A stretch of DNA of 53,738 bases from an uncultured Candidatus Saccharibacteria bacterium (lineage in GTDB: Bacteria; Patescibacteriota; Dojkabacteria; J137; JAEUSD01), in contig CAYUPY010000004.1 in the NCBI GenBank assembly GCA_964446595.1, positions 1-53,738 of the forward strand, in the 5' to 3' direction. Positions 19,018-27,838 of this stretch are shown one piece after another. Position numbers and translations under genes: made by a program. A model generated the notes under the pieces. That model did no database searches, had not been told where the DNA came from, and saw only the letters and a program-made list of their open reading frames with translations. Within the stretch, counting starts at the first letter, position 1. Every line of letters begins with the position of its first letter.

Positions 19018-20181
19018 ATGTCTTTATTTTCTAACACCCAGTACCAAAACATTGTGGTGGATAGACTTGTGTCGGCAATTAAGGAAACACGGAATGCTAA
19101 CGTACTGTCTTTTTATGGAACTAGTAGCGAGAGATTGTTGGGAAATGTAGCAAATATGCAGTATTTGCAGGAGTTTGATCAAAACTATAAATGGGATCAA
19201 CATATTCTGCTGTATTATGACTGTGATAACGGAGAGGAATATTTTGAAAGAACTTTGAGTGCTGGCTTAGCAAGGTATTTTTATGAGGATGACCTTTTCC
19301 GTCAAGTTTATGAGGCTATTGCTGCTGGCAAGAAGATCTCACTGATATTGGCGAATTATCGTTTTGGGTATAAGGTGATCACAAATCTTGCTAATCTGAT
19401 TGCTGGACTCGATCGCCGCCTAACGCATTTTATAGTGCACATGCATCCAGGAGAGTATTATTCGCACCCAGGTACTAAGTACAGCCCGCGTACAGTGCTT
19501 TCTCATAATATTATTAAGTTGCCATATTTAAATGAAGACGAAGCGGAAGAATGGATCAATATCCTAGTTAAGAATCACGGTTATAGGTTGACGGCAAAGG
19601 ATCGTCAACAAGTTATTAACTTTAGTGGAGGGGTTCCTTCTTTAATTAGAAATCTAGTTCGCGAGCTACAACGGTCAGATTTTGAAACTGTAATCAATTC
19701 TGAGCCAATAGTTAATTTAGTAAATATAATTTGGCATAGGTTACAAGAAGATGAGCGCGAAGAGCTGGAAAGTGTCATTATCAATAAGTCTACTGTTGAT
19801 CAAGACCGGTTTGCTTATTTTGAGGACTTCGGGTTAACCGAAAATGGACGCTATAAAAGTCAGTGGCTAAAAAAGATAGCTTATCCTGCTGTAGAGAAGC
19901 ATGAGTTGCGACTAGAGCAGGGTAAGTTGAAGCTGGCGGGAAAGGGTATTTCAAAAATTTTTTCCGTGCAAGAGCAGATATTAATAAGTGAGCTACTGGG
20001 GAAGAGAGGGGAGAGAGTAAGCAGGGATGAGCTAATTAGTAGAATTTGGGGTAAAAATGTTGAGAATCCTGATTGGCTGCTAAATCAGTTAGTGTTGCGG
20101 ACACGAAGTAAATTAGCCCTAATTGGGCTGCCTAGCCGTACGATTCAAGTAAGTAGGGGTTATGGTTATAAAATTGAGTAA
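19018..20181 (+). CDS. Degenerate AAA/STAND-like protein with C-terminal OmpR-type winged helix
   Basis: SGGVPSL (GxP) motif; VSRDELISRIWG..LNQLVLRTRSKL..IQVSRGYGY. Confidence 0.7.
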   Translation: MSLFSNTQYQNIVVDRLVSAIKETRNANVLSFYGTSSERLLGNVANMQYLQEFDQNYKWDQHILLYYDCDNGEEYFERTLSAGLARYFYEDDLFRQVYEAIAAGKKISLILANYRFGYKVITNLANLIAGLDRRLTHFIVHMHPGEYYSHPGTKYSPRTVLSHNIIKLPYLNEDEAEEWINILVKNHGYRLTAKDRQQVINFSGGVPSLIRNLVRELQRSDFETVINSEPIVNLVNIIWHRLQEDEREELESVIINKSTVDQDRFAYFEDFGLTENGRYKSQWLKKIAYPAVEKHELRLEQGKLKLAGKGISKIFSVQEQILISELLGKRGERVSRDELISRIWGKNVENPDWLLNQLVLRTRSKLALIGLPSRTIQVSRGYGYKIE

Positions 20182-20202
20182 GTTTAAGTAAGTGTTTATA
20201 CT
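20174..20202 (+). promoter_or_regulatory. Promoter for the Clp/pilin operon (leaderless type)
   Basis: TTGAGT-17 nt-TATACT, 6 nt before ATG 20209. Confidence 0.65.
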
Positions 20203-20208
20203 ATTAAT

Positions 20209-20565
20209 ATGTTGGTGAAAGATTACCTGTTAAATTTTTTTATTTGGTGGTATGTCGTGAGGTGCAGAGAGTTGGCTGGTAAATTAGTGCATAGATTCGT
20301 GTTTTTGCTTCAATACACTAACACTTTGCCAATGGCGCAGAACTTGGGGAAGCCACTTTATCAAGACGATTCTGGTATTGGAGTGATGATTGGTTTAGTT
20401 GTAAGAGGATTATGGGTTTGGATGGGAGGGATTGCAAGTGTAGTCCTAATTATCCCTTTTACTCTTGTTTTTCTGATTAACTTGCTTTTACCACTAGGCA
20501 TACTCATTATGTTTTTAATGGTAGCAATGACATCAATAGGGAGGGCTGCAATAGTTGGCGGATAA
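20209..20565 (+). CDS. Small membrane protein coupled to the Clp ATPase
   Basis: Hydrophobic 118 aa; TAATG overlap with the next gene. Confidence 0.75.
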   Translation: MLVKDYLLNFFIWWYVVRCRELAGKLVHRFVFLLQYTNTLPMAQNLGKPLYQDDSGIGVMIGLVVRGLWVWMGGIASVVLIIPFTLVFLINLLLPLGILIMFLMVAMTSIGRAAIVGG

Positions 20566-23117
20566 TGAAAGTTTTAAGAGATAAGCAAAAACTAGGACAA
20601 GTTGCAGAAACAGACATACATATTGATTGGGACAGACTTCTGAGTCACAAAGGGGCGCTGGCGCACAGGTTTGCGTCCGAAAAATTTTTCGGACGCGCAC
20701 TAAGGCATGTCTCGTACGCACTTTTTGGTGTGGCTGTAATTTTAGGGTTAATAAGTGGAGAGCTAAACTTATCTTCTTTTACAGGCGCTAATTGGGTCAT
20801 GAGTTTGTTGTTAGGGGCTGCAGCAACTATTAATGCATACGGTCAGTTTTTAGGACGCGATTTTCAGGACTTTGCATTCAATTTATCTAACAGAACAAAA
20901 CTGCGGCAAGTAGACTGGAATTATAAGCAGAAAGTCGAGGTAAATGATTTTATAGCCATATCGGTTTGGGAAGCAGTCGACAAAGCGTACTATCTAGACT
21001 CTGGGCAACAGTTTTTGCAGAACTTTGCCAAGGAGCTATTTGGCGCGCCTGGCGTGGTAGCCATGTTTGAGAGATTGGGAGTACATGACCAGGCGCGCCA
21101 GCACCTCATTGAAAGCGTATCTGTGCATAAGCAGGATCTGGCTGATCATACAGATTTGATACTAAATGCTTTACGGCTTAGTGCTGGATTGGAATCGGAA
21201 AATATTGAACCTGAAAATGTGGTTATAGTCATGTGGGAGAGTCTTTTGATAAGTGAGCTAGCAAGGCTCGGAGTAAATTTGGCGGAAATGAATGCAGTTA
21301 AAGCCTGGATACAGTTGAATAATCGCAAGTATCATTACCAGCAAATTTGGAAGCGGATGTCTTTAATCAAACCAAAAGGGACTGTTAATAGAGCCTATAC
21401 CTCTCGCTACGCACCGACTTTAGAGCAATTTGGAGAAGACTATACGTTAAGCGCCGCCACAGGTGAATTCTTGCTTTCCATAGGTAAGGAAGAGCAAATG
21501 CGCCTGTTAATGAGAACAATGCAGCAGGAGGAGGCCGCAACGCTAATAATCGGTAGGCCTGGAGTTGGTAAAACCCATTTTTTGAAATATTTGGCAGTGA
21601 GAATGGTGGTAGAGGATGTAGTTCCTGCAATGCGTGACCATAGGTTAGTTGCTTTTGATCTGAGTAAGGCTTTCACAACTAGTCAAAGCATTGAAAACTT
21701 TAAACAAGTGCTATTGAAAATGTTTGAGGAGGTAGCAGCATCAGGTGACATTATTTTAGTTCTAGATAATCTCGATTTAGCATTGGATGTGAGAGACGAT
21801 TTACAATCTGAAATTGTGAATCTAATAGATGGGGCGATTACAAAATACAAAATAAGAGTGATAGCTACGGCTAGTACAAATGGTTATAACCGCTTTATTA
21901 AAGCTCACCGTGGATTGTCGGGTAGATTTAAAGTGGTGGAGTTAATAGAGCCCGCGGCGGCTACGGCGTTACAAATTTTGGTGGACGAAGCCGCCGCAAT
22001 GGAGAAAAAGTCAGGGGTTAAGTTCGAGCTGCCTGCGTTGCGCGAGATCGTGAATTTGGCTACTAAATTTGATCACGACCGTGTTTTGCCTGACAAGGGT
22101 GTGGCTATTATGGAGGAAGCACTATTTGAAGCACAAGATAAAGAGCTAAATAGTGTCTCCAGACAAGTAGTTGATACAGTAATCTCCCGCAAAGTAGGTG
22201 TGTCCGTAGGTAAGTTGTCCGAATCAGAGGCTTCAAAGTTAATGAACTTAGAAAAAGAGTTACACGAACGAGTTGTCGGCCAAACACAGGCCATAAAAGC
22301 GGTTGCTAATGCTTTGCGTCGAGCGCGAGCTGGTCTGCAGAAGAGTGCTAAACCCGTAGCCTCATTCCTATTCTTCGGTCCCACAGGTGTGGGAAAAACT
22401 GAGGTGGCACGAACCCTAGCCGCTACCTACTATGGAGCAGAAAAACTAATGATACGCATAGATATGTCCGAATTCCAAGAATCAGACAACCTAAAACGTC
22501 TAATAGGCGCAGAGGAAAACGGCGAATTTATTGGTGGGCAGCTTACTGAAGCTGTAAGAAGTAAGCCATTCTCCTTAGTATTGTTCGATGAGGTTGAGAA
22601 GGCTAATCCAAAGGTTCTTGATCTTCTCCTACAGATTTTGGACGAGGGTCACATTACTGATGGTTTGGGTCGCAAAGTCGACTTTACTAACACGATCATC
22701 ATCCTCACTTCAAATGCCGGTTCTCGTAGCCTGGCAGAAAGAATAAGTAGGGGTGAAAGATATCACGAGGTCTACAGTGCAGTCTTGCCAGAATTAAGAA
22801 CTATTTTTAGGGTAGAATTTTTAAACAGATTTGACCAGATTATTATGTTTAAGCCTTTAACTCCAGTAGAAATCCAGCAAGTAGCAGATCAAATGTTGCA
22901 TAAATTACAGGATCAGTTACTAGAACAAGGTTATCATTTCACCTATACTAAAACTGTGCTGGAAGAACTTACAAAATTAGGCTACAGTGCCATTTACGGT
23001 GCTAGGCAAATGAGCCGTGCTATTCAAGAACACGTTGAAGATAAACTTGCAGCCGCTATCGTAAGTGGAAAGTTAACACCAGGTGGTACTTTTAGTTTAG
23101 AAAGCCTAGAGGGATGA
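20565..23117 (+). CDS. ClpA/B/C-family double AAA+ ATPase with N-terminal TM hairpin
   Basis: GRPGVGKT, LPDK, VVGQ..AI, FLFFGPTGVGKT, RIDMSEF, LFDEVEKA, EFLNRFD, YGARQM. Confidence 0.92.
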   Translation: MKVLRDKQKLGQVAETDIHIDWDRLLSHKGALAHRFASEKFFGRALRHVSYALFGVAVILGLISGELNLSSFTGANWVMSLLLGAAATINAYGQFLGRDFQDFAFNLSNRTKLRQVDWNYKQKVEVNDFIAISVWEAVDKAYYLDSGQQFLQNFAKELFGAPGVVAMFERLGVHDQARQHLIESVSVHKQDLADHTDLILNALRLSAGLESENIEPENVVIVMWESLLISELARLGVNLAEMNAVKAWIQLNNRKYHYQQIWKRMSLIKPKGTVNRAYTSRYAPTLEQFGEDYTLSAATGEFLLSIGKEEQMRLLMRTMQQEEAATLIIGRPGVGKTHFLKYLAVRMVVEDVVPAMRDHRLVAFDLSKAFTTSQSIENFKQVLLKMFEEVAASGDIILVLDNLDLALDVRDDLQSEIVNLIDGAITKYKIRVIATASTNGYNRFIKAHRGLSGRFKVVELIEPAAATALQILVDEAAAMEKKSGVKFELPALREIVNLATKFDHDRVLPDKGVAIMEEALFEAQDKELNSVSRQVVDTVISRKVGVSVGKLSESEASKLMNLEKELHERVVGQTQAIKAVANALRRARAGLQKSAKPVASFLFFGPTGVGKTEVARTLAATYYGAEKLMIRIDMSEFQESDNLKRLIGAEENGEFIGGQLTEAVRSKPFSLVLFDEVEKANPKVLDLLLQILDEGHITDGLGRKVDFTNTIIILTSNAGSRSLAERISRGERYHEVYSAVLPELRTIFRVEFLNRFDQIIMFKPLTPVEIQQVADQMLHKLQDQLLEQGYHFTYTKTVLEELTKLGYSAIYGARQMSRAIQEHVEDKLAAAIVSGKLTPGGTFSLESLEG

Positions 23118-24883
23118 AAAGATTAAAACTGCCAAATCTCCGAATATTTAAGTTGCTCACTTTGATACTTTTCGTGTTGGCGAGTGGTCTCATGGTAGTT
23201 CCTGCTTCTGCACAAAGACCGTTAAGTTGTGTTGGGGTTAACTTCAATGTAGATGGTGGTCAACAATGGGGTAGCTTAAGTGTACCACCCCCAGATTTTG
23301 GAGGTATTTTTGATGATCCAATTATTGTCCGCCCGGAGATTACTCTAGAGAATGCTGTGAATGTGCCGAGCATTGATCAAGTTCGTTTTTCTTATCGCAG
23401 AGAAGGTGCCGGTTGGGTACAATTGAACAATTTAGTATTCATCTATACTGGTGATTATGGAGCAGGTGCTAGCCGTTATGTGTCGCAAGGATTTAGTTTT
23501 CCGGTAGATATGCCAGGTCAATGGGAGTATACCATCGAATTCGAAGCTCAGGACATTACTCTTACTGGTACAGGTAATGGTTGCCCAACTTCTGCAAGCC
23601 CAACCATACCATTTACTGTAACTGCGGAAGAGTTAGACAATAGTGTTGTCGCTGCTGGTTGTGGGCGGTTAGAAAATGCAGGTTACGACGTGACTAATCG
23701 ATTTACATGTCAATACTTGAGCAATACTAGTAACAGTGGCTTTAGAGGAGAAGTAAAACAAACTAATTGTGGGCCGGGTTTTGTACCTGACCAAAAGGGT
23801 TGTGAAGTAGGTCGGAGCTTTTTCGGTGAAGATATAGAGGATGCCGGTTCAGTTAACTCTCAGTTCTGTATGAGTTGCATTACTCAAGAGCAGGCTAACT
23901 ATGTTGCGGCAGGTCATTTAGATGCCTGTGATATTAATGCTGAAACGCCATGCACCCAAGAACGTTCGCTTGAGTGTTTACCCACAGCAAGTGGAGATGT
24001 AGATATTAATGGAAATCCAGTGTCGCATCGGTGTTTGTACACTGAACCTATCTTATCCTCAGGATCACCTTGTTATACTAGGGCTGCCGAATGTGCCTCT
24101 AATTTAGGCTTTAACAGCTGCCAGAACCCAGCAGCAGGTACATATATAGGAGTATGTACTAACTCTGTAACTAGTCCAGAAGCTGATTGTGGCGATTATG
24201 ATGATCCAGATGAGTACTGTAAACAAAGACTAAATGCCGATAACGCGTATTGTCAGTTTTTAGTTGGGGCTTCACAGTGCGAAATCCGCGGGAGAGAAAC
24301 ACCGAGTAACGAAGATCCAAACGACCCTAACTCTCCTACAGGTATTACAAACTATGCCTATGCGTCTGACCAATTTGGAGTGATTAATTGTCCGTATTCT
24401 TTTCCCACTGTGTTACCCGAGTGGCTTGCAGAGTTGGTGGGTAGAGTAGGAATTAACTTGGGGCAACAGGCCTTGCGCCGACTTACACAGGAGGAAATTA
24501 CGGAGAGACGCAAGAATGATGAAAAGATTTACTTCATTGCTGATCCTGCTTCAAACCAGGACGAAAGGCGTGAATTCTACCAGTGTGCAAGCTGTATTGA
24601 TGACGGGGGTACTTGGACGGGTATTGGCTGTATTGTCACTACAATTGAGGGCCTTTTTAACTCATTATTAAGAATAATTCTAGGGGTAATGGGAGGGGTT
24701 GCCCTTATTAGGTTAATAATACTGGGATACCAGTATCAGTTTGCTGGTGAAGATAAAATCAAGCCCTCGGTACAAGATATCTTAGCCACCTTAGGAGGTT
24801 TGCTATTGGTACTATTTAGTGTGGTAATTCTGAGATTTATTGGTGTAAACCTCTTAGATATAGTGCCTCCTGGTTTCTTCTAA
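23114..24883 (+). CDS. Large Cys-rich secreted protein with C-terminal VirB2/TrbC-like pilin domain
   Basis: Signal ending ASA-Q; about 24 Cys; C-terminal two-TM GYQY..GEDKI..GGLLLVLFS. Confidence 0.75.
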   Translation: MKRLKLPNLRIFKLLTLILFVLASGLMVVPASAQRPLSCVGVNFNVDGGQQWGSLSVPPPDFGGIFDDPIIVRPEITLENAVNVPSIDQVRFSYRREGAGWVQLNNLVFIYTGDYGAGASRYVSQGFSFPVDMPGQWEYTIEFEAQDITLTGTGNGCPTSASPTIPFTVTAEELDNSVVAAGCGRLENAGYDVTNRFTCQYLSNTSNSGFRGEVKQTNCGPGFVPDQKGCEVGRSFFGEDIEDAGSVNSQFCMSCITQEQANYVAAGHLDACDINAETPCTQERSLECLPTASGDVDINGNPVSHRCLYTEPILSSGSPCYTRAAECASNLGFNSCQNPAAGTYIGVCTNSVTSPEADCGDYDDPDEYCKQRLNADNAYCQFLVGASQCEIRGRETPSNEDPNDPNSPTGITNYAYASDQFGVINCPYSFPTVLPEWLAELVGRVGINLGQQALRRLTQEEITERRKNDEKIYFIADPASNQDERREFYQCASCIDDGGTWTGIGCIVTTIEGLFNSLLRIILGVMGGVALIRLIILGYQYQFAGEDKIKPSVQDILATLGGLLLVLFSVVILRFIGVNLLDIVPPGFF

Positions 24884-24904
24884 TTTCTTAGGGTAATATG
24901 TACT

Positions 24905-25273
24905 ATGAAGAAAATATTTAACAAAGCAACCCTAGTCAGTATTTTTACATTTAGTGTAATGTTACTACCTGTATTTCCAGTATATGCGCAAATCCAGAAT
25001 CCAGTAGTATTTGATGACCTGACCGAGATAATAAATACTTACCTAGGGATTTTTAGGGTTATCGTAGTAATTATCTTCGTGGGTGTACTAGCAGGTGGAG
25101 GCTTTGTTTACTTAACTGCCGGATCAGATGAAGGCAAGGTGGCAAATGCTAAAAAGATGATAATTGCAGCTATCGTTGGTTTCGTAATTATCGTACTTGC
25201 TCCCGCAATTGTGCAATTCCTTGGTGCTTTACTTGGTGTTCAGGGTGGATTAGTTAATGATCTAAACAACTAG
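24905..25273 (+). CDS. VirB2/TrbC-like pilin (minimal; candidate major pilin)
   Basis: Signal VYA-Q; GGFVYLTAGSDEGKVANAKKMIIAAIVGFVII. Confidence 0.85.
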   Translation: MKKIFNKATLVSIFTFSVMLLPVFPVYAQIQNPVVFDDLTEIINTYLGIFRVIVVIIFVGVLAGGGFVYLTAGSDEGKVANAKKMIIAAIVGFVIIVLAPAIVQFLGALLGVQGGLVNDLNN

Positions 25274-25274
25274 A

Positions 25275-25907
25275 ATGCAAATGACAGGTAGAGTTACAAA
25301 AACTTTCAGCGTATTCATTATAGGTGCTGTGTTGTTTACCTTCTTCTTTTTGCCAGGAAAGGTAGAAGCTCAATATTATGATAGAGTATGTTGTGACCAA
25401 CCCATAGTAAATCCTCGTTGTGTATCTCTACAACTTTCTGGGCAGGTAAGTGATAACTGTGAAGAGCTATATTGTACTGTTGATCAGTATAATTGTGGGG
25501 CTAATGGACGCATCCCTGATGCCTTAGTAACTGGAGGTCCTTGTTCCATAGTGGAAGAGGATCTTACAAATTTAATTAATGTTAACTTCTTTGGGATTGA
25601 GTTGCGCTTTGATAGCGATAGAGCGATTCAACAGATTTTGTTAGTGGCATTTACCGGGTTTCTAGGAATTGCCGCACTAGTAGCAGTATTTGTAGGAATT
25701 ATTGCAGCTATCCAAAGAGCCACAGCTGACTCCGAAGATAAGATTGCTACTTCAACTAAGAGTATTCAGAATGCAGTAATCGGTTTTGTGATTATTATTT
25801 TGAGTTTAGTTATTGCCCAGGTCGTGGCTTCTGTAATAGGAGTTGGTTCAATTTTTAACATAGCAGCAGATAATATTTTACCTGAGCAGTCAGCAGAATG
25901 TCCTTAA
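25275..25907 (+). CDS. VirB2/TrbC-like pilin with Cys-rich N-domain
   Basis: Signal VEA-Q; ATADSEDKIATSTKSIQNAVIGFVII. Confidence 0.8.
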   Translation: MQMTGRVTKTFSVFIIGAVLFTFFFLPGKVEAQYYDRVCCDQPIVNPRCVSLQLSGQVSDNCEELYCTVDQYNCGANGRIPDALVTGGPCSIVEEDLTNLINVNFFGIELRFDSDRAIQQILLVAFTGFLGIAALVAVFVGIIAAIQRATADSEDKIATSTKSIQNAVIGFVIIILSLVIAQVVASVIGVGSIFNIAADNILPEQSAECP

Positions 25908-26626
25908 ATAGTGTTTCACTGAACAAATACATTAAGTCTGTAGTAGCCGCCATAGTCTTAATGGTCGTGGCTGCTGGCTATATGGGATTAGGACAGCAAG
26001 TACAGGCTCAGTCAATCACGCTGAATCCCGGGACCAATTGCGATAATGCTTCCGATAGTGCAGAGTGCAGGGAGATAGATGGATTAGGGGAAATTGAAAT
26101 TCCTATTTTTGTCTCGTTTGAATATATTCAAAATTTCAGTCCTTTTTCGTATATAGCTTTGGTATTAAATATTTTATTTGTAGCGGTTACTATACTATGG
26201 GTTGCCCTGGTTATTAAGGCAGGTGTCGATTATATCCGTAGTCAAGGCGATGAAGGGGCAATAACTGGGGCAAATAAGCAGATAGGTTCGGTATTTGCCT
26301 CTATTTCAATACTATTCGTTAGCTTCCTGTTAATTATTTTAGTGGGATATTTCTTAAACTTGGGTAACTTCTTTAATTGGCCCAGAGTGCTGAGTATTTG
26401 TGACGATGGAACTTTTTATATAACTAAGGCTTTGGAGCTGGAAGCAGACAATACTGGTGATGAACCTTTAAGTGATGAGTTCATAGGGCAAAGATGTTTT
26501 GGTGGCAATGGAAGCAGTACCCCGCCGCCAACTCGTCCGCGCACTCAAGCTGAGTGTCAGATTCAATGTAATAACGATCCTTTTTATGATGACTGTCTGA
26601 GTAGTTGTACTGGTTTAACGCGTTAA
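25898..26626 (+). CDS. VirB2/TrbC-like pilin with Cys-rich C-terminal extension
   Basis: Signal VQA-Q; AGVDYIRSQGDEGAITGANKQI. Confidence 0.8.
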   Translation: MSLNSVSLNKYIKSVVAAIVLMVVAAGYMGLGQQVQAQSITLNPGTNCDNASDSAECREIDGLGEIEIPIFVSFEYIQNFSPFSYIALVLNILFVAVTILWVALVIKAGVDYIRSQGDEGAITGANKQIGSVFASISILFVSFLLIILVGYFLNLGNFFNWPRVLSICDDGTFYITKALELEADNTGDEPLSDEFIGQRCFGGNGSSTPPPTRPRTQAECQIQCNNDPFYDDCLSSCTGLTR

Positions 26627-26684
26627 TTACTTGCCCTTTACACTAATATCTTGTAAACTTAATAAACTACTTTAGTATAAACAT

Positions 26685-27209
26685 ATGAAGCATCTACGAA
26701 AAATTTTTTTGACCGTTGTTTTAACAATAACAACATTTGGTTTTTTCATAGTACCTCAGCCAGTTGAGGCTCAACTAAGTGTTTGCGATTTTGCTGGACC
26801 AATTTGTGAAGCCATAGGGATTGAGGAGTCACAAAGCTCAGAGCAAAACCAGGCTAGCGTAATTAACTTTTTGCGTTCTCGTGTCAGCCTAATTTTAGGA
26901 GTGCTATTTGTTGGTATTGTAATCCTCGCAGTTTTCATCATTATTTCTGCTGGTGTTAAATACATTCAAAGTCAGGGAGAAGAAGGTAAAATTGAAGAGG
27001 CTAATAAAGCAATTAAAAATGTGTTTATTGGTCTTGCAATACTAATAGTAGGTGTCGTTGGTGTGTTTATTGTGCTAATTTTCCTAGACGCCTTTAACCT
27101 AACTGGGTTAGGGAATTCTGCAGAACAAGCTTGTATTGAAGAATGTGAAACAACAGGAGGTTCATCTTCTACCGTTTTCCAATGTATAGAAGCCTGCGGT
27201 AATTTATAA
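26685..27209 (+). CDS. VirB2/TrbC-like pilin with CxxxC...CxxxC tail
   Basis: Signal VEA-Q; AGVKYIQSQGEEGKIEEANKAIKNVFIGLAI. Confidence 0.82.
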   Translation: MKHLRKIFLTVVLTITTFGFFIVPQPVEAQLSVCDFAGPICEAIGIEESQSSEQNQASVINFLRSRVSLILGVLFVGIVILAVFIIISAGVKYIQSQGEEGKIEEANKAIKNVFIGLAILIVGVVGVFIVLIFLDAFNLTGLGNSAEQACIEECETTGGSSSTVFQCIEACGNL

Positions 27210-27219
27210 GGAGGTAACC

Positions 27220-27777
27220 TTGAAGTTAGTAGTTACAACTACAATTTTTTCATTAACACTATTCGGGCTGCTAACGCAGCCCGTTTTTGCACAGGGTTTT
27301 GGTTCTGACGTTAGCAACTATGACTGTGCAAGATTTAATGGTGATAGTGGAGTTCTAACCGAAAAGCCAGACGGATCAATAGTTTGTGTTTACGGTGACC
27401 TGACATCAGGCGATGTAGTAGAGCGTCCAGCTATCCTTAAACCTCCACGTTTGCAGATTTTGCAAATCTGGTTTGTACGCTTAATTTACGTAATTTGGGG
27501 AGTATCGGGTGTTGTGTTTACTTTCATTCTAATTTCAATTGGGTTGCAGTATATTTTATCTTTTGGGAATATTGATGCTGTGGGGCAAGTAATTAAGAGG
27601 TTTCAGAAGTTTGTAGTTGGGCTAGCATTAGTTTTTTTGTCTTACCCCTTACTGGCGACTTTTTTCAATCTACTACCTCTAAGAGATGACACCTGCTATA
27701 GCGATATAAATATGCCCGGTTTTCAGTTCTTTTTCCCTAGTGCCTGCATAGTCGAAGAACAACCTACAACCCCATAG
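27220..27777 (+). CDS. VirB2/TrbC-like pilin
   Basis: TTG start with AAGGAGG SD; signal VFA-Q; IGLQYILSFGN..FVVGLALVFLSY. Confidence 0.78.
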   Translation: MKLVVTTTIFSLTLFGLLTQPVFAQGFGSDVSNYDCARFNGDSGVLTEKPDGSIVCVYGDLTSGDVVERPAILKPPRLQILQIWFVRLIYVIWGVSGVVFTFILISIGLQYILSFGNIDAVGQVIKRFQKFVVGLALVFLSYPLLATFFNLLPLRDDTCYSDINMPGFQFFFPSACIVEEQPTTP

Positions 27778-27838
27778 TTACTAGTATCGCTCTTATTCCT
27801 ACTTACTTCTTGTGCATTCTCTGGTAAGATAGTGTGAT

